This document shows, one piece after another, positions 38,925-55,049 of a stretch of 64,000 nt of DNA; the first letter of the stretch is position 1, and every line of letters starts with the position of its first letter. The notes beneath the pieces were generated by a model. It ran no database searches, had not been told where the DNA came from, and saw nothing but the letters and a program-made list of their open reading frames with translations. The stretch covers positions 12,338,001-12,402,000 of the forward strand of contig OU015566.1 of the NCBI GenBank assembly GCA_907165135.1, given 5' to 3'. Position numbers and translations under genes: made by a program. This DNA comes from Oikopleura dioica. Its lineage: Eukaryota > Animalia > Chordata.

Positions 38925-41426
38925 TTACAGAAAATTGACACTTTTACTCTTGATTTGACGGTTTAAGATTGGATCTGTGAGTTTAATATGGAAAGCTTCT
39001 GAAGTTTTTCGTTCATGATAGTTATCAAGACAAGTTTCAGTTATGGAAATAAGATCAGATTGAAAAGCAAATTCACATAGAAGTGTAGCAAGAGAAGTGT
39101 TTTTTCGTTTGAATTTAGTCAAAGTGCTTGGATCACTTTTAAAGTTGTTAAATCTGTCCATAAATTTCTTACAACTTAACGAGTGTGACCTAACAGGCAA
39201 ATTAGCTGAGGGTAGATCGAAATGCTCGTGGAATCTTTTCTCTAAAGGTCTCATAGTTTCTCCATGATATCTAGTGCCACAGAAGCATTTGTACTCGTAG
39301 ACTACACAAGATTTCTTTCGGAAAGGGATTTCTCTTTTCAACTTAGGGTAAATAACTGATTCTAACCGAACTGTTTTCCAGGCCATGACTACTCGAAATG
39401 ACGGTGTCACTTCTTTAATAATCTTTTGGATCTTTTTGCCGATTGAGTCACACCTGGTTTCTGTAAACGTAGCTTTGAAATAATGGGTCACCTCGGATTC
39501 TTTTGATTGAGATGGCTTAGTAAAGTTATTACTTCGCATGAATCTAATCTTCTCATTAACCAAATTCCTCGGGTATCCATTATCTATAAACTTTGTTTTA
39601 GTGCGCTCAAGGCCTTCGTCTAGAGCCTCGGTGCTAGTGCAAGCGTTATTGACCCGATTTATTTCTCCTGTCAGAAGTGCGATTTTTTGTGATCTTGGTG
39701 AAATATTTTCAGTAAAGTGGGGAACGCAATTTGAATTCGATGGTTTGACATAATGATAAAGATCGAGTTTATTGTTGACATATCTTATTTCACAGTCCAA
39801 AAATGGAAGCTTGTTGTCTTTCATTTTTTCGATTGTAAATGAGATATTGTCGTGTAGAAGGTTAACTTTCGAGAAGATTTCATCGACTTTATCCTTTCTA
39901 CCCGTTAGTATCATATCATCAACGTAACGTCTCATGAATCGGACCTCCCCTTTTCTAATAAGCTCATCAAAAAATTCCCTTTCTATTTTGTTCATAAAGA
40001 TATTACTCAGAACGGGGGAGAGTGAGCTTCCCATGCTGCATCCCGAACGTTGGACATAAAATGATTTTTTAGTGCTGAAGGCAGTAAATTTAATTAACAC
40101 AGCATGTAAAAGTTGAGAAAATTTCTCTTTATTTGGAAACTCTAGTTTAGAACCATCTTTAAGGGTTTCTTCCTCAAAGTAAAGTTTTGGATTTTGGTAA
40201 AGTTTCTCAATAATATAGCTATGTATTTCTTTTACTGGAAGATTTGTGAACATGGAGGACACGTCCAGACTAAAAATCATTTCATGTTCAAGGTCGATTT
40301 TATCTTTATGGAGTAAAAAGTGATTTTTGAATTCAAGAGTATTTTTAATAGAATATTTTACCTCTCGATTTTCTAATTTCTTCAACACTTTAAGGATATA
40401 CAGCTCACTGTTTTTTGTGAGTGATGATTGTGAGCCTATTATCGGTCTCAGGGGGTTCCCATCTTTGTGGAGTTTTATGGTGCCGTAGGCCCTCTTTATA
40501 TTATGATGGGGCTGAAGTTGGTATTTTGTATTGTCCGAGATTTCAGTTGAATATGATTTTAAGATCTCGTTAAACTCACGCTGGTGAAGTTTAAGGGGAT
40601 CTTTACCTAATCTTCGAAATTTATTATTACTGAATTCCTTATCCAATTTACGAAAATATTCATCAGTATTCATAATACAAATGTCACGTGATTTATCGAC
40701 TTTCAGAAGGATTATGTGGGGATTTTGGTTAAGAAATTTATTTAACTCTTTACTTTTATTATTTGGAGTAAAGCATTTTTCAAGTTGAAAGAAGGTTTGT
40801 CCCAATTCGACTTTGGTCCTGAATATTCTAAGAGGCTCGACGCCTTTCGATTTAGCATGTTTTTCCCAGCTCGAGAAAAGTTGCTCAAAAGATATTAACA
40901 GTTTATTTATATTAGGGGATCCTCCCACTGATTGGCTAAGTCCAAATTTCAAAATGTCAAAAATATTTTCAGGAATTTGTACGTCAGAGAAATTATGGAT
41001 TTTGACAGTAGGTCTATTGTCAGGAGATTTATGATAGTATTTGAGTAAGTTATTTAGTTTTTGGTATCTCTTGTTATCATCTTGTTTTTGTTCTTTTTCA
41101 ATAGAGACTTGGATTTGACGAAGAATAGATTTACGCTCGTGATCTGAGTGAAAGAAATATTCGTATTGAAATTGTTGATTAAAATCATGTTCGAGAGCGG
41201 AAAGATGATTTTCGGTTTTCAAAATATCAGCTTCGACTCTTTCGAGTCTTTTCTGTAGAATTTCTGCTCGATTCCATTTTACCGTTTGAATCAGTTTCGG
41301 GTGAAGTTTTGTGTACGATGGAGGAACTCTGTGTTTCAAGCAATTGGATAAGAACTCGATGTGCTTTGCAGCCCGATGTTTCTTTCTTTGCAACCGTTGA
41401 AGGAATGTCGGAAGATTTCTCTCCAT
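38925..41426 (-). CDS. Penelope-like polyprotein: reverse transcriptase + GIY-YIG endonuclease (833 aa, intact)
   Basis: KLHKDGNPLRPII, SLDVSSMFTN, GCSMGSSLSP, RYVDD, LPFLD, VVYEYKCFCGTRYHGET, FHEH. Confidence 0.95.
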   Translation of the reverse strand: MERNLPTFLQRLQRKKHRAAKHIEFLSNCLKHRVPPSYTKLHPKLIQTVKWNRAEILQKRLERVEADILKTENHLSALEHDFNQQFQYEYFFHSDHERKSILRQIQVSIEKEQKQDDNKRYQKLNNLLKYYHKSPDNRPTVKIHNFSDVQIPENIFDILKFGLSQSVGGSPNINKLLISFEQLFSSWEKHAKSKGVEPLRIFRTKVELGQTFFQLEKCFTPNNKSKELNKFLNQNPHIILLKVDKSRDICIMNTDEYFRKLDKEFSNNKFRRLGKDPLKLHQREFNEILKSYSTEISDNTKYQLQPHHNIKRAYGTIKLHKDGNPLRPIIGSQSSLTKNSELYILKVLKKLENREVKYSIKNTLEFKNHFLLHKDKIDLEHEMIFSLDVSSMFTNLPVKEIHSYIIEKLYQNPKLYFEEETLKDGSKLEFPNKEKFSQLLHAVLIKFTAFSTKKSFYVQRSGCSMGSSLSPVLSNIFMNKIEREFFDELIRKGEVRFMRRYVDDMILTGRKDKVDEIFSKVNLLHDNISFTIEKMKDNKLPFLDCEIRYVNNKLDLYHYVKPSNSNCVPHFTENISPRSQKIALLTGEINRVNNACTSTEALDEGLERTKTKFIDNGYPRNLVNEKIRFMRSNNFTKPSQSKESEVTHYFKATFTETRCDSIGKKIQKIIKEVTPSFRVVMAWKTVRLESVIYPKLKREIPFRKKSCVVYEYKCFCGTRYHGETMRPLEKRFHEHFDLPSANLPVRSHSLSCKKFMDRFNNFKSDPSTLTKFKRKNTSLATLLCEFAFQSDLISITETCLDNYHERKTSEAFHIKLTDPILNRQIKSKSVNFL

Positions 41427-41498
41427 TTGTTTAGTCAGTGGTCGGTTACCATCATAGAATTATTCTCTAGTTGACCGTTGGCATTTTCTGGTTTATTT

Positions 41499-41540
41499 GT
41501 GAGCTACCGGTTTCGGATATTAATCCTTCATCAGGCTAAC
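41499..41540 (-). ncRNA. Minimal type I hammerhead ribozyme in the 5' pLTR
   Basis: Identical to the copy at 38735-38776. Confidence 0.8.
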
Positions 41541-41788
41541 AAGTACAATAAACATATATTCCGTTGAAAAGTAAGTTACCGTGAGGCGAGCGAAAGCACG
41601 ACTGAGGTGAAAGCGAGAAAACAACAAAGATCATATCGTAACAGAAATGGCAAAAGGGGCGCCAAGAATGGATTTTTGCCATTTCTGTTACGATATGATC
41701 TTTGTTGTTTTCTCGCTTTCACCTCAGTCGTGCTTTCGCTCGCCTCACGGTAACTTACTTTTCAACGGAATATATGTTTATTGTACTT

Positions 41789-41830
41789 GTTAGCCTGATG
41801 AAGGATTAATATCCGAAACCGGTAGCTCAC
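41789..41830 (+). ncRNA. Minimal type I hammerhead ribozyme in the inverted pLTR
   Basis: CTGATGA at 41795-41801, GGAT/ATCC stem II, GAAA at 41815-41818, GTA cleavage triplet, AGC/GCT stem I. Confidence 0.8.
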
Positions 41831-42334
41831 AAATAAACCAGAAAATGCCAACGGTCAACTAGAGAATAATACTGAAATAAAATTGATTGACTAAAACAAA
41901 CAGAACAGAATACAAAACCGGCGTCTTTTCTTCCGGCGTGAGAATTTATTTACCCAATTTGTGACTACTTTCTGACTCCTTCCTCTTGTCCAGGGGTGAC
42001 TGACTTTCTTCTTCCTTGGCGCCTGACCCTGATTCCCTAATCACTCGTTTCCTTTTGAACTAATCACGCCGCAACTTAACAACTTCCCTAATTTTATGTA
42101 AAACATCACTTGCGTCGTTTTCGCGCTAATTGATAATCATAATTATTGCTCTTCCATACACGTCATTTTATTTTGTCGTTTATGTTTTATTTGTCGTCAT
42201 GTTATTGGTTTTGTGTGGCCGGAAAGAGGCCGTGGCATAAGAAAAAAAAATATAATGCAACTGTAACTTTTCGAAAGACTGTAGCATTTGGTTCATAGGT
42301 TTCGAATTTTTTTTTTGAAATGTTTGTCTGTTAT

Positions 42335-46842
<4,508 letters not shown>

Positions 46843-47145
46843 GTTCCCGATTTCAATGTTTTCTCCCGAATAAGCTGAAGAAGGAGCCGCTCCTCAATTT
46901 TTGATTCTCGTTAGTCTCCTTTCTCCGCTTTCTCTTTCTTCTGAAAAACAGATTTGATTAAAGATTGAGCTTATTAGCTAATGAAACGCGAACAAAACTG
47001 GCAGTTGTAGTCTTCGGTTCGTCAAAATCAGAACGAAAAGAAAAACTATACAAATTTAAATATATAAACATGCAATAATAATGAAGGGTTCTCCTTGTTG
47101 TCTTCATTTTAAAGATCGCTCCTTTTATGCATTTTCTCTATCGTT

Positions 47146-49638
47146 CTAGCGCAGCCAAAGTTTCAGTCGAAAAGCGTCTACTCCATTCAAATAATACTGG
47201 AACAAGCGCTCGTCACGCACAAATCCAAGCCGCTCGTAAAGCCGGAGTGCACCCAAATTCGTAATTTCCGTTTCTAGCACGACCTCGTCGCACCCTTCCG
47301 CATCCATGGCTTCTATCGCCCTTCTGAAGAAACTTTTTAGAGGATGCTTTCTAGTCAGAACCGCTTTAACCACCGTTTGTTATATACTCTCTGCATGGTA
47401 CACACACTCGGTGGAGCTCTAGGTCTTGATGAAGAGCGATCTCTATATCATCTATCAAGAGTGAGAATTAGCCACAAATGAGTATAGCGCAATTGTAATT
47501 AAAAACACAGATGTTGAGTTTAAAGATTATTAGCTAATCATTGTGTCATCTAATTTTTGGGAAGGAGCTTGTTGATACTCTTGAGATATTCCCTTTTTAA
47601 ATGACAAGGCACACAATGAAAGAAAGAGCCGAGTCAAGTTCAGTTTCAGGAGGAACTGTCACTGCCAGGAATTAATAGGAAAAGGGTCTACCCTCGGGGT
47701 AGCCGATCTTTTCAGTGCACCGATTAAAATGTGTCTAGCCGGGTTCGGAAAATGATTGAAGAGTTTATTGATAAGTGTTTCTTTCCAAAGATATCCTTAG
47801 CAATAATCAAATATAGATTGAATTTAGAATCATAAATTTATGTTTGAAATAGTTTTTTTTAATTACCCCGTTTATAACCCCAATTTGGAATGCTTGACAT
47901 GAATGTAGAAGAGACACAAACCTTGTTGAAACGTCTCTCCCGGACAATCAAGCCTCTTTTAGGTATTCATCTCTAAGTTCCGCTAAGTGCCTTTCTTTTC
48001 AACATTTTCGGGTCCGATCACTGCGTTATTGAAAGAAGCGACGGGGCAATATTTGGTATGGTGGTGCAGCGCGCCTCTATCGCGCCCGCTGAGGTCGCAA
48101 AAAATCAAAAACCCGCATAAATTTTTTGATAAAGAAAAAACTTTCCAAATTAAAATTATCGGCGAATGAGTTAAATATTCTACTTTTTGTTTTACGACTT
48201 CCGCTGATGGTGATCATTTTGAGACCGTAAAATTGAATAAAAGTCTGTGCTTTGGTTATTTTTAGAAGTTCAACAAACCTGACTAGTTCTTTTCCGATGC
48301 CGCGTTTTCGGTAGCGCTTGTCTACAGCCAGCATTGCTTTGAGTTGGATCGAAAAAGTAAACGCTTCTTTTGTGTCAATCATATCATATCATTCATTATG
48401 AATGATTCATATGTAAGTCAACTCTCTGAAAAAAGATCCATCTATCTTACTTATCAAAATGTACCCAAAACGTCGCTACTAAGATAGGGCAGGCATTTCG
48501 CGTGGTTTGTTTGTTAGATAAAGCCGAGCGTAAACAAGTTACCCCGAATCGTATAAATATCAAATCCAGTACCTATGTATCCTCTTCTGATAATGTTCTT
48601 GTGGCGATCGAGTTTGCAGACGATTGCGCCGATTACGCTATTGTCGTTGGAGTCGCGTGCCAGGAAGCAGAGTTGGGGCCGAACATTGGGATCGAGATTT
48701 ATTTAAAACATAGGGAGCTTTTGGGGTTGGGATAGTGCTAGAATTCGGGCGAAAGTTTTGGTCAGGTATTACGTCTATTTCTTTGGCAGGTTTAGAACAA
48801 AGTTAAGGGTTTGCCGCAGATGTGGGGTGTATTCAGATTAAAATCCCAAAGAAAATCTTGACGAGTCATTTTTACTCCGACACTTCAACTGTCAAGCACT
48901 GCCAGTACTCGTCATCATTGACCTTAATTTTTCGATCGACGATAATTTCACGACCCGTTAATTTGTCAATCTTTGTCACATTTCTTCCCACACTCTAATT
49001 GTCATAAATTTCCCTTGTTTTTACAGGCGCAATAAAGCGATTAAAAAGTCATTTTTTGGACCCGAAGAAGGCTGAGTTCAAATTCATGGATATTAGTGTA
49101 AAATGAATTCACGTACATTTGGGTTCTTTTGATGTAATAATCTCGATCCCTTGTCAGTTGTGAATAAAGTATCGATAAGTGTAGATGTTATATGGCTCGG
49201 AGAAGTCGACTTGAACCACGTCCATGATATCTCTAATCGGGGCATCTTTAAAATGAGATGGCTGAGCAATTATCGGTTTACAGATTTCCAGGCGGCCCAC
49301 GGCCTTCTTCCTTTTTAAGCCAATTTGATACTGTATTGATTTATTGATTCCGGGGCTGAGATCTCGCACCGTTGTTCAATTACACTGTTAGCTACAGTAA
49401 TGACTTGAAAGTTCCAAATTATATTTTTATGATGGCATGCTTAAAATTTTACGTAAATAGATTCAAACTCTTGCGATAACGATGTTCAATTACCCTTAAA
49501 ATGCGCATTTGAAAGCGTAAGCGCCTATATTTTACATTCAAAATATATGCCCGTTTCCCTCATTTCCGTTTCGTCTTTGTACGGTGCATATTTGACTTCT
49601 TGCTTGTTTTCTGGCGGCGGAAGAACAAGGCCAGACAT
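47146..49638 (-). CDS. NAA30: N-alpha-acetyltransferase 30 (NatC catalytic subunit), multi-exon
   Basis: [65 protein letters not shown]. Confidence 0.95.
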
Positions 49639-49765
49639 TCTCTGAAAAGGTCAAATTTCATCGTTTTTGAATTTTCGGAATGTCGAAGCAGTTTCTTTAT
49701 CAGTTCAGAAGTTGAAGGAAAGGCTGATTGAAGTACAATTTTCTAAAAGGGCAGAGAGGCTCAAT

Positions 49766-51856
49766 TTACATAGGAGCTCGAATTTCTAAGTCTTCTTCAA
49801 TTTTCATGATTTTACTCATCAAAACGAGCTCTGCGAAAAGACCATCTGTGATGAGGATCACCGCTCCCGCGACAACAGCTAGAATTTGTATTTCGATTAG
49901 CTTTGGAAAGATTCTTTTACCGAGAGTAGCAGCAAAGTAAAAATTCGCATTTGCTGAACCAAGAACGATCCATAAATGCCACATGACTGGACAGAGCGCT
50001 AGGGAGACAACAAGGACGAGAATTCCAAAGAGTCGTCTTTTGCCGGTCGCGAAAAGTGGTAAAACTTGAAGCAATAGAGCAAAATCACTTATATATGGCT
50101 CCAGACTTCAGCTGATAAATCAAAGCTATCAAATTGTCAATGAGCCATTCCTGAGGGTCGCATATGGAGTAATTATTGAAAGTAAAGGAATCAGGTACTT
50201 GAAAACGACAGGTGTTTCGTATCGTGCGCAAAGGGGTAGTACGTAGCAGAAGGCATTTACCTGAAATTATTCTAAAAAGAAAAAAAAAAACGTCTTTTTA
50301 CCTGAAGAATTTGAACGAAGAAATCTCGGAAATGGTCAAAAAGCTCGATCAACATGTACCAGGAGCAGTTCAAGCCTGGCTCATAGATCGTTAAATTGAA
50401 GATGACATTCCAATTGGAGAACATTTCTGATCCGACTGTAAACCAAACGAGGCTGCTCCAGAAAACGACGAGAAACAAATATTTCGCTTTTGCATGCAAT
50501 CCTTGTTTGAGCATCAGAATTGGTACGATGAGTTGCAGTGGATACAACCGATCAGCAGAGGAAAGAACAAGGAGTAAAGATCCGATGACATCTTTATGAT
50601 TGATCGAGCAATGCCAGAGACATGTCAGAACTAAAACATGCAATTGAATAAATACCCATCAGATATGCAGAAATATGTAAGTGTTATTAGTGTGCGATGG
50701 AGAAGAAAATTATTTGTTGTTATGAATGATCGAATCTAGATCGGAAGAGACCGATTAAAGCTTGAGTTCATAATTTCAATAGAGTTCGTTACGCTGGAAG
50801 GAAGTTTTCTACTTATTTATCATGTCGCTTGGTACTGGACGTGTCAATTTGAGGGAAATTAACACTCCCTCAACCAAGTAGTTAGCCTATCATTTTAGTC
50901 CAATTAGCACTTTCCTCAGCTTTTCTTTTCTCCTTCTATCTTTTCAAATTTCTCCATTCTTACTCATATTTTACATGAAAACTTACGAGCATTGGAAATG
51001 ATCCCAGCACTGCATCCACCAGCTGAAAGAATCGACAAAGGGTTCAGATAGCACCACGCGAGACTAATAAAACAGTTAGGAATCAGCCTACTGACAGCGC
51101 AGATGACTGTTAAAGAGTTGTAGCGGAAAGGGAAGGACTTAAAAAAGCTGTCAGGAATATATCGAAAGCTTTCAGCATGACGTCTCTATAATTCAATCAT
51201 CATATGAGGCTGCGAAATCTCTCTATAACTCAGGACAAGTGCAAAGTTAGCGCCCGAGGAGGTGATTTATTTTGGGTTAAAATCGCTTTGAGCGAAGTCG
51301 ACCTAACGAGTGTCTGTCAATCTCACGCGCCTCAGGGCGTACTACACTAAAGGGAGCCAGTATTAGCTCCTCACTTACAAACAACCTAGAGAAATGAGAG
51401 ATCGAATAAAATGACAATCAGAATGTTTATCAGTCACTAGATAAGCCTGAGCTTTGACCGCTATGAAGAATGGAATAAATTTACTCACATGATAATCCTC
51501 TTTTCTTCATCATTCCGTGAATCCTTCTCAATTTTATTCGATAAAACAAAGCAGGTTACAAAATCCACGATCGCGAGAAATACAACCCAGCTAAGATCAT
51601 TCTGAAAATTAATCATGAAGAACTGATTCCATCATTTATCAAGTTCTACCTGGAAAATATACTTGATTGACTTGGCGATAAACGACTGATTAGCTGAATA
51701 TCTTTCCTCAGAAATCTGTGCGTAGCTCTGCGAAGGAGAATTTAATTCCGGCCGATCTTGAATATCAAGGGAAAGAGTTGCGATTCGGAGGACAAGGCCG
51801 AGGGAGAAAATTCCGAGGGTTTGGAGAGAAGTACTCTTCCTTGATTCCGATTTCAT
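49766..51856 (-). CDS. PIGU: GPI transamidase subunit PIG-U, multi-exon
   Basis: N-terminal TM plus RPELNSP, EPGLNCSWYMLIELFDHFRDFF, WHLWIVLGSANANFYFAATL. Confidence 0.85.
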
Positions 51857-52037
51857 TTTTGATTCTTTTTCTGAAGATTTTCATTTCAAGGATGATGTTC
51901 GAGGCAGCAAGATGTTTTAAAAGATGTGCGTTCATTGCCTCAGATGATCAAGTTTATGTAAACCGCAGCTTAGCTCAAGTGAGGGTTTATTTATTAGATT
52001 CACGTAAGGATCACATAATATTTTTTCATAGACTCGG

Positions 52038-54277
52038 TTACAATTGAATAAATTGATCTTTTATAGACAGGGCAAAGGCCGAGGAACTTTTCGGGAAGCA
52101 GTTTTCTTTTGAACCTTGATTTTCGGCTTTGAAATTTGGAAGCTGTTGTGTGAAAGAAGTAAATTGTTTGAGGGAGAATGAAAGCTCTTGGAAGGGTTTG
52201 AACGGAATTGCATTGTGGAAACTTTTGATCACGTGGTTTTCTTCGTTGAGAAGTTCGCAGGAGAACGTTTCGCCGAGGCACAGGTCGACGGACGAGGAAG
52301 AATTAGAGATGAATTTTACCTCGACATCGTTTGAGGACTATAAAAGGACAGTGAAAAAAGTGTTGAACTAATATTTTCTTACTGTAATTTTTGCAGAAAT
52401 TCCAGCTCGATAACGAGTCTTCGTAATTTTGGAATAAATTCTGTTGGCCACTGGAATGATATCAGCTATGCTACCAGCTGGAGAGTCCTTCTCAAGGAAA
52501 ATGAGCCAAAATCGACCAGATACATTTCCAGAGAACATCGCAACATCCTTGTGCCAAATTATATCGACTGAGTTGGTAACATCTTTCCACATAACCGGCT
52601 CATTTCCTATAGAATTCTGATTAAACATATATTTGAACAATTTAATTGTGTGTTCTATGTTGAGAATATGTGTAATTACCCTCTGTAATTGAGCATAGGA
52701 CACGTGTGTGATATTCATCAAGATTTCCGATTTCAGGCGGTTTAGGCAGATTGTAAATTACAGTTCTGTGGAATCTCCTTCTTCTTGGCTCGAGCGTCAG
52801 GACTGGCGACGTCAGAACTCCTGCTGGGCACGCCTCTGCGGGCACCGGAAAAGACTGTATCTTTCGAAAGGGCTGACCTCTTTTGAATGGTGAAAAGACT
52901 TAATTTTGTGGAAAGCGAATCTTAATTAGCCATCAAGAATTTGAATAAAAACATAAGACAGAAGCGCATATAGAATTTGAATATTCTACTTTATCGACAG
53001 ATGTTCATAATGCCTAAGGAAAAAGTGTCAAGCCCGTCACATAACTGTTGTAGGTTTTGTCAGTGCTCCTTCTGGAAAAGTGACGCGCAAGCGTTCGTCG
53101 ATTGCTGAGAGGGTACCGCCTTAATTTGAGTTTTTACTGACTCTAGTAGAATTCCAAGGCAGGTGAAATTCTTTGAACTCATTTCCTGCTGGTGTAACAT
53201 TGAGCGCAACCACTTGAGGTCGCGTATGGATAAATAGAAATTGTGGAAGTTTCTGGAGCCGCAATCGTTTGAAGTCACAGCTTTCCAGTAACGAAGAATC
53301 TTCCTTTTCAAAGCCGTCGATATCGAGCTCTTGTTCCTCTAGCGGATACCATTTAGAATCCATTGATGATCGGAGAACAACCATTTCTGTGTTGCTTCGA
53401 TGCTCTCCAAGAACGGGAATGTCTATGAAGTGTCAATGGGTGTCAACAAAATATGATTTAAAATATGATTTTATCGAGTATACTGAATAAATTTGCTGGT
53501 ATGATATTTATCTTGGCGCCATAAAAGTCATATGAAAACCGTAATAGAAGAGAGGAATTTCATCTCTCCCATCATGTCCCATGTTCGATAAATATTTAAT
53601 TTTAGCAAATGAACATTATTTGTTTCGATAATCTTACCTAATACGACATTGACTTTGAAGAGAGTCGGGCTCAATTCAATAACCGGCGTTGCGGCCGCCT
53701 CGCAATCGAATAATTTCGGCTGAAAATAATTTCTTATTTCATTATCGCATTTTCGGCTGTTAGCGAGAGTTCTGGAGGAAATCGCATTATACCTGGTTCT
53801 TAGCGTTGGATGATCTGGCGAAGATCCGCGTTGGCTTTTCCACGGCATTAGGCGGGACAATCAAACTTGATCCTGGTCGAAAAATGTTAATCAGAATATC
53901 GAAGCGATATTTTTATTCGTGAAAATGCTGAAAAGCAGGGTGGCGGGAAGATGCGACTTGGAGGAGCTCCAAAAATTCAGCGTGTTGCTTTTGTTGCTTA
54001 GAAATTTTTAAACTGATCGATTGAAAACTAACATTGGATGCAACTGTAAAGAAATGTCTTCATTTCAAAATGTTTTACTGTAATTAAGCATCCTAAATCG
54101 ATACGACTTGACGCCCCAAGATCGATTGCTTTAACAACCTAGGCGAACATCTGTGTGAATACCTTCTATTAATTTAAATAAACTTTTCGACCACTACCGA
54201 AAGCCAGGAATTCTCTTGGATCTTAGGGTTCCTCCTCGGGCATCGACGAGGAAACACGCTAGAAATTCTTCTTCCAT
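52038..54277 (-). CDS. Stand-alone ZU5-ZU5-UPA (ankyrin spectrin-binding-like) protein, multi-exon
   Basis: FLACFLVDARGG, LIVPP...PTRI, MVVLRS, TFPEGALTKP, SPVLTLEPRRRRFHR, WKDVT, NVSGRFWL, then a UPA-like segment, colinear with the ankyrin ZZU module. Exon joins are approximate. Confidence 0.75.
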
Positions 54278-55049
54278 TCGTTGCGTGTTTTAAATAGTTC
54301 TCTTTCTGATGCGATGTATTTCTATCTCTGTATCTTTCTTTTTGTTTCTTATCGTTATTTAATTATTCTTGCTTCCCAGCTCATTCTTATTCACAAAGAG
54401 GCCTCTCGTTGATGCAAGAAATGATTGAGAAAAAATAACAACGAGAAACGAGCTACAAGCTTTTGACAACCAAGCTTTTTGGAGGCGCTCTTGGAGGGAG
54501 GTAACTCGGGCGCGCGCTCACGCCTTGGGCAAAAGAAAGAAAACTGACCAGCCTTGTGGCGCAAAACTCTGTCGTTTTCACGCCGTTTGTAAAGCGCGAC
54601 AGAGTGTCCAGGGTTAGATTCAGATTAATTATAGATCAGGATGGCATAAGGGAGCGGGCTTGTTTTATACTAAAGGAAGATTAAGGTACTCCCGATGAAT
54701 AATTTAGGACAGAAGGTTTAAAAGTAAATGGTAGTGACAACAAAACCGATTACATTCTCCATCAGGTTTGGAGGAAAAAAATACCCTTATATAGACAACC
54801 TAGGGCCTTATATAGATAATTTCCCATAAGATTAAGGGTCTAAATTTAATGCAAGCCTTGAGGAATACGAATGAATCAAAGATAACTTAAATTAGCAGTA
54901 TTTTGACAGGAGGGTGGTATCATTTATTACCGGCTACTGGATTTCCCGGTGGAATGCTCGAACAGAAACAGAGAAAATTCTTATGTACAAGGAGGTTCAA
55001 ACAGATACACATTTGAGGCGAGTACTGATGTCTTTTTTCAACGAGAAAG

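Larger units (their letters stand above)
38708..41880 (-). mobile_element. Full-length Penelope-like retroelement with direct and inverted pLTRs and 12-bp TSD
   Basis: Single RT+GIY-YIG ORF. pLTR copies at 38720-38910 and 41459-41673; inverted copy at 41674-41870. TSD ATACTGAAATAA at 38708-38719 and 41869-41880. Confidence 0.93.

Noticed and set aside
47640-47760. Possible intronic ncRNA in NAA30 (also about 51250-51340 in PIGU)
   Set aside because: Only short imperfect stems; no convincing box C/D, H/ACA or tRNA motifs seen by eye.
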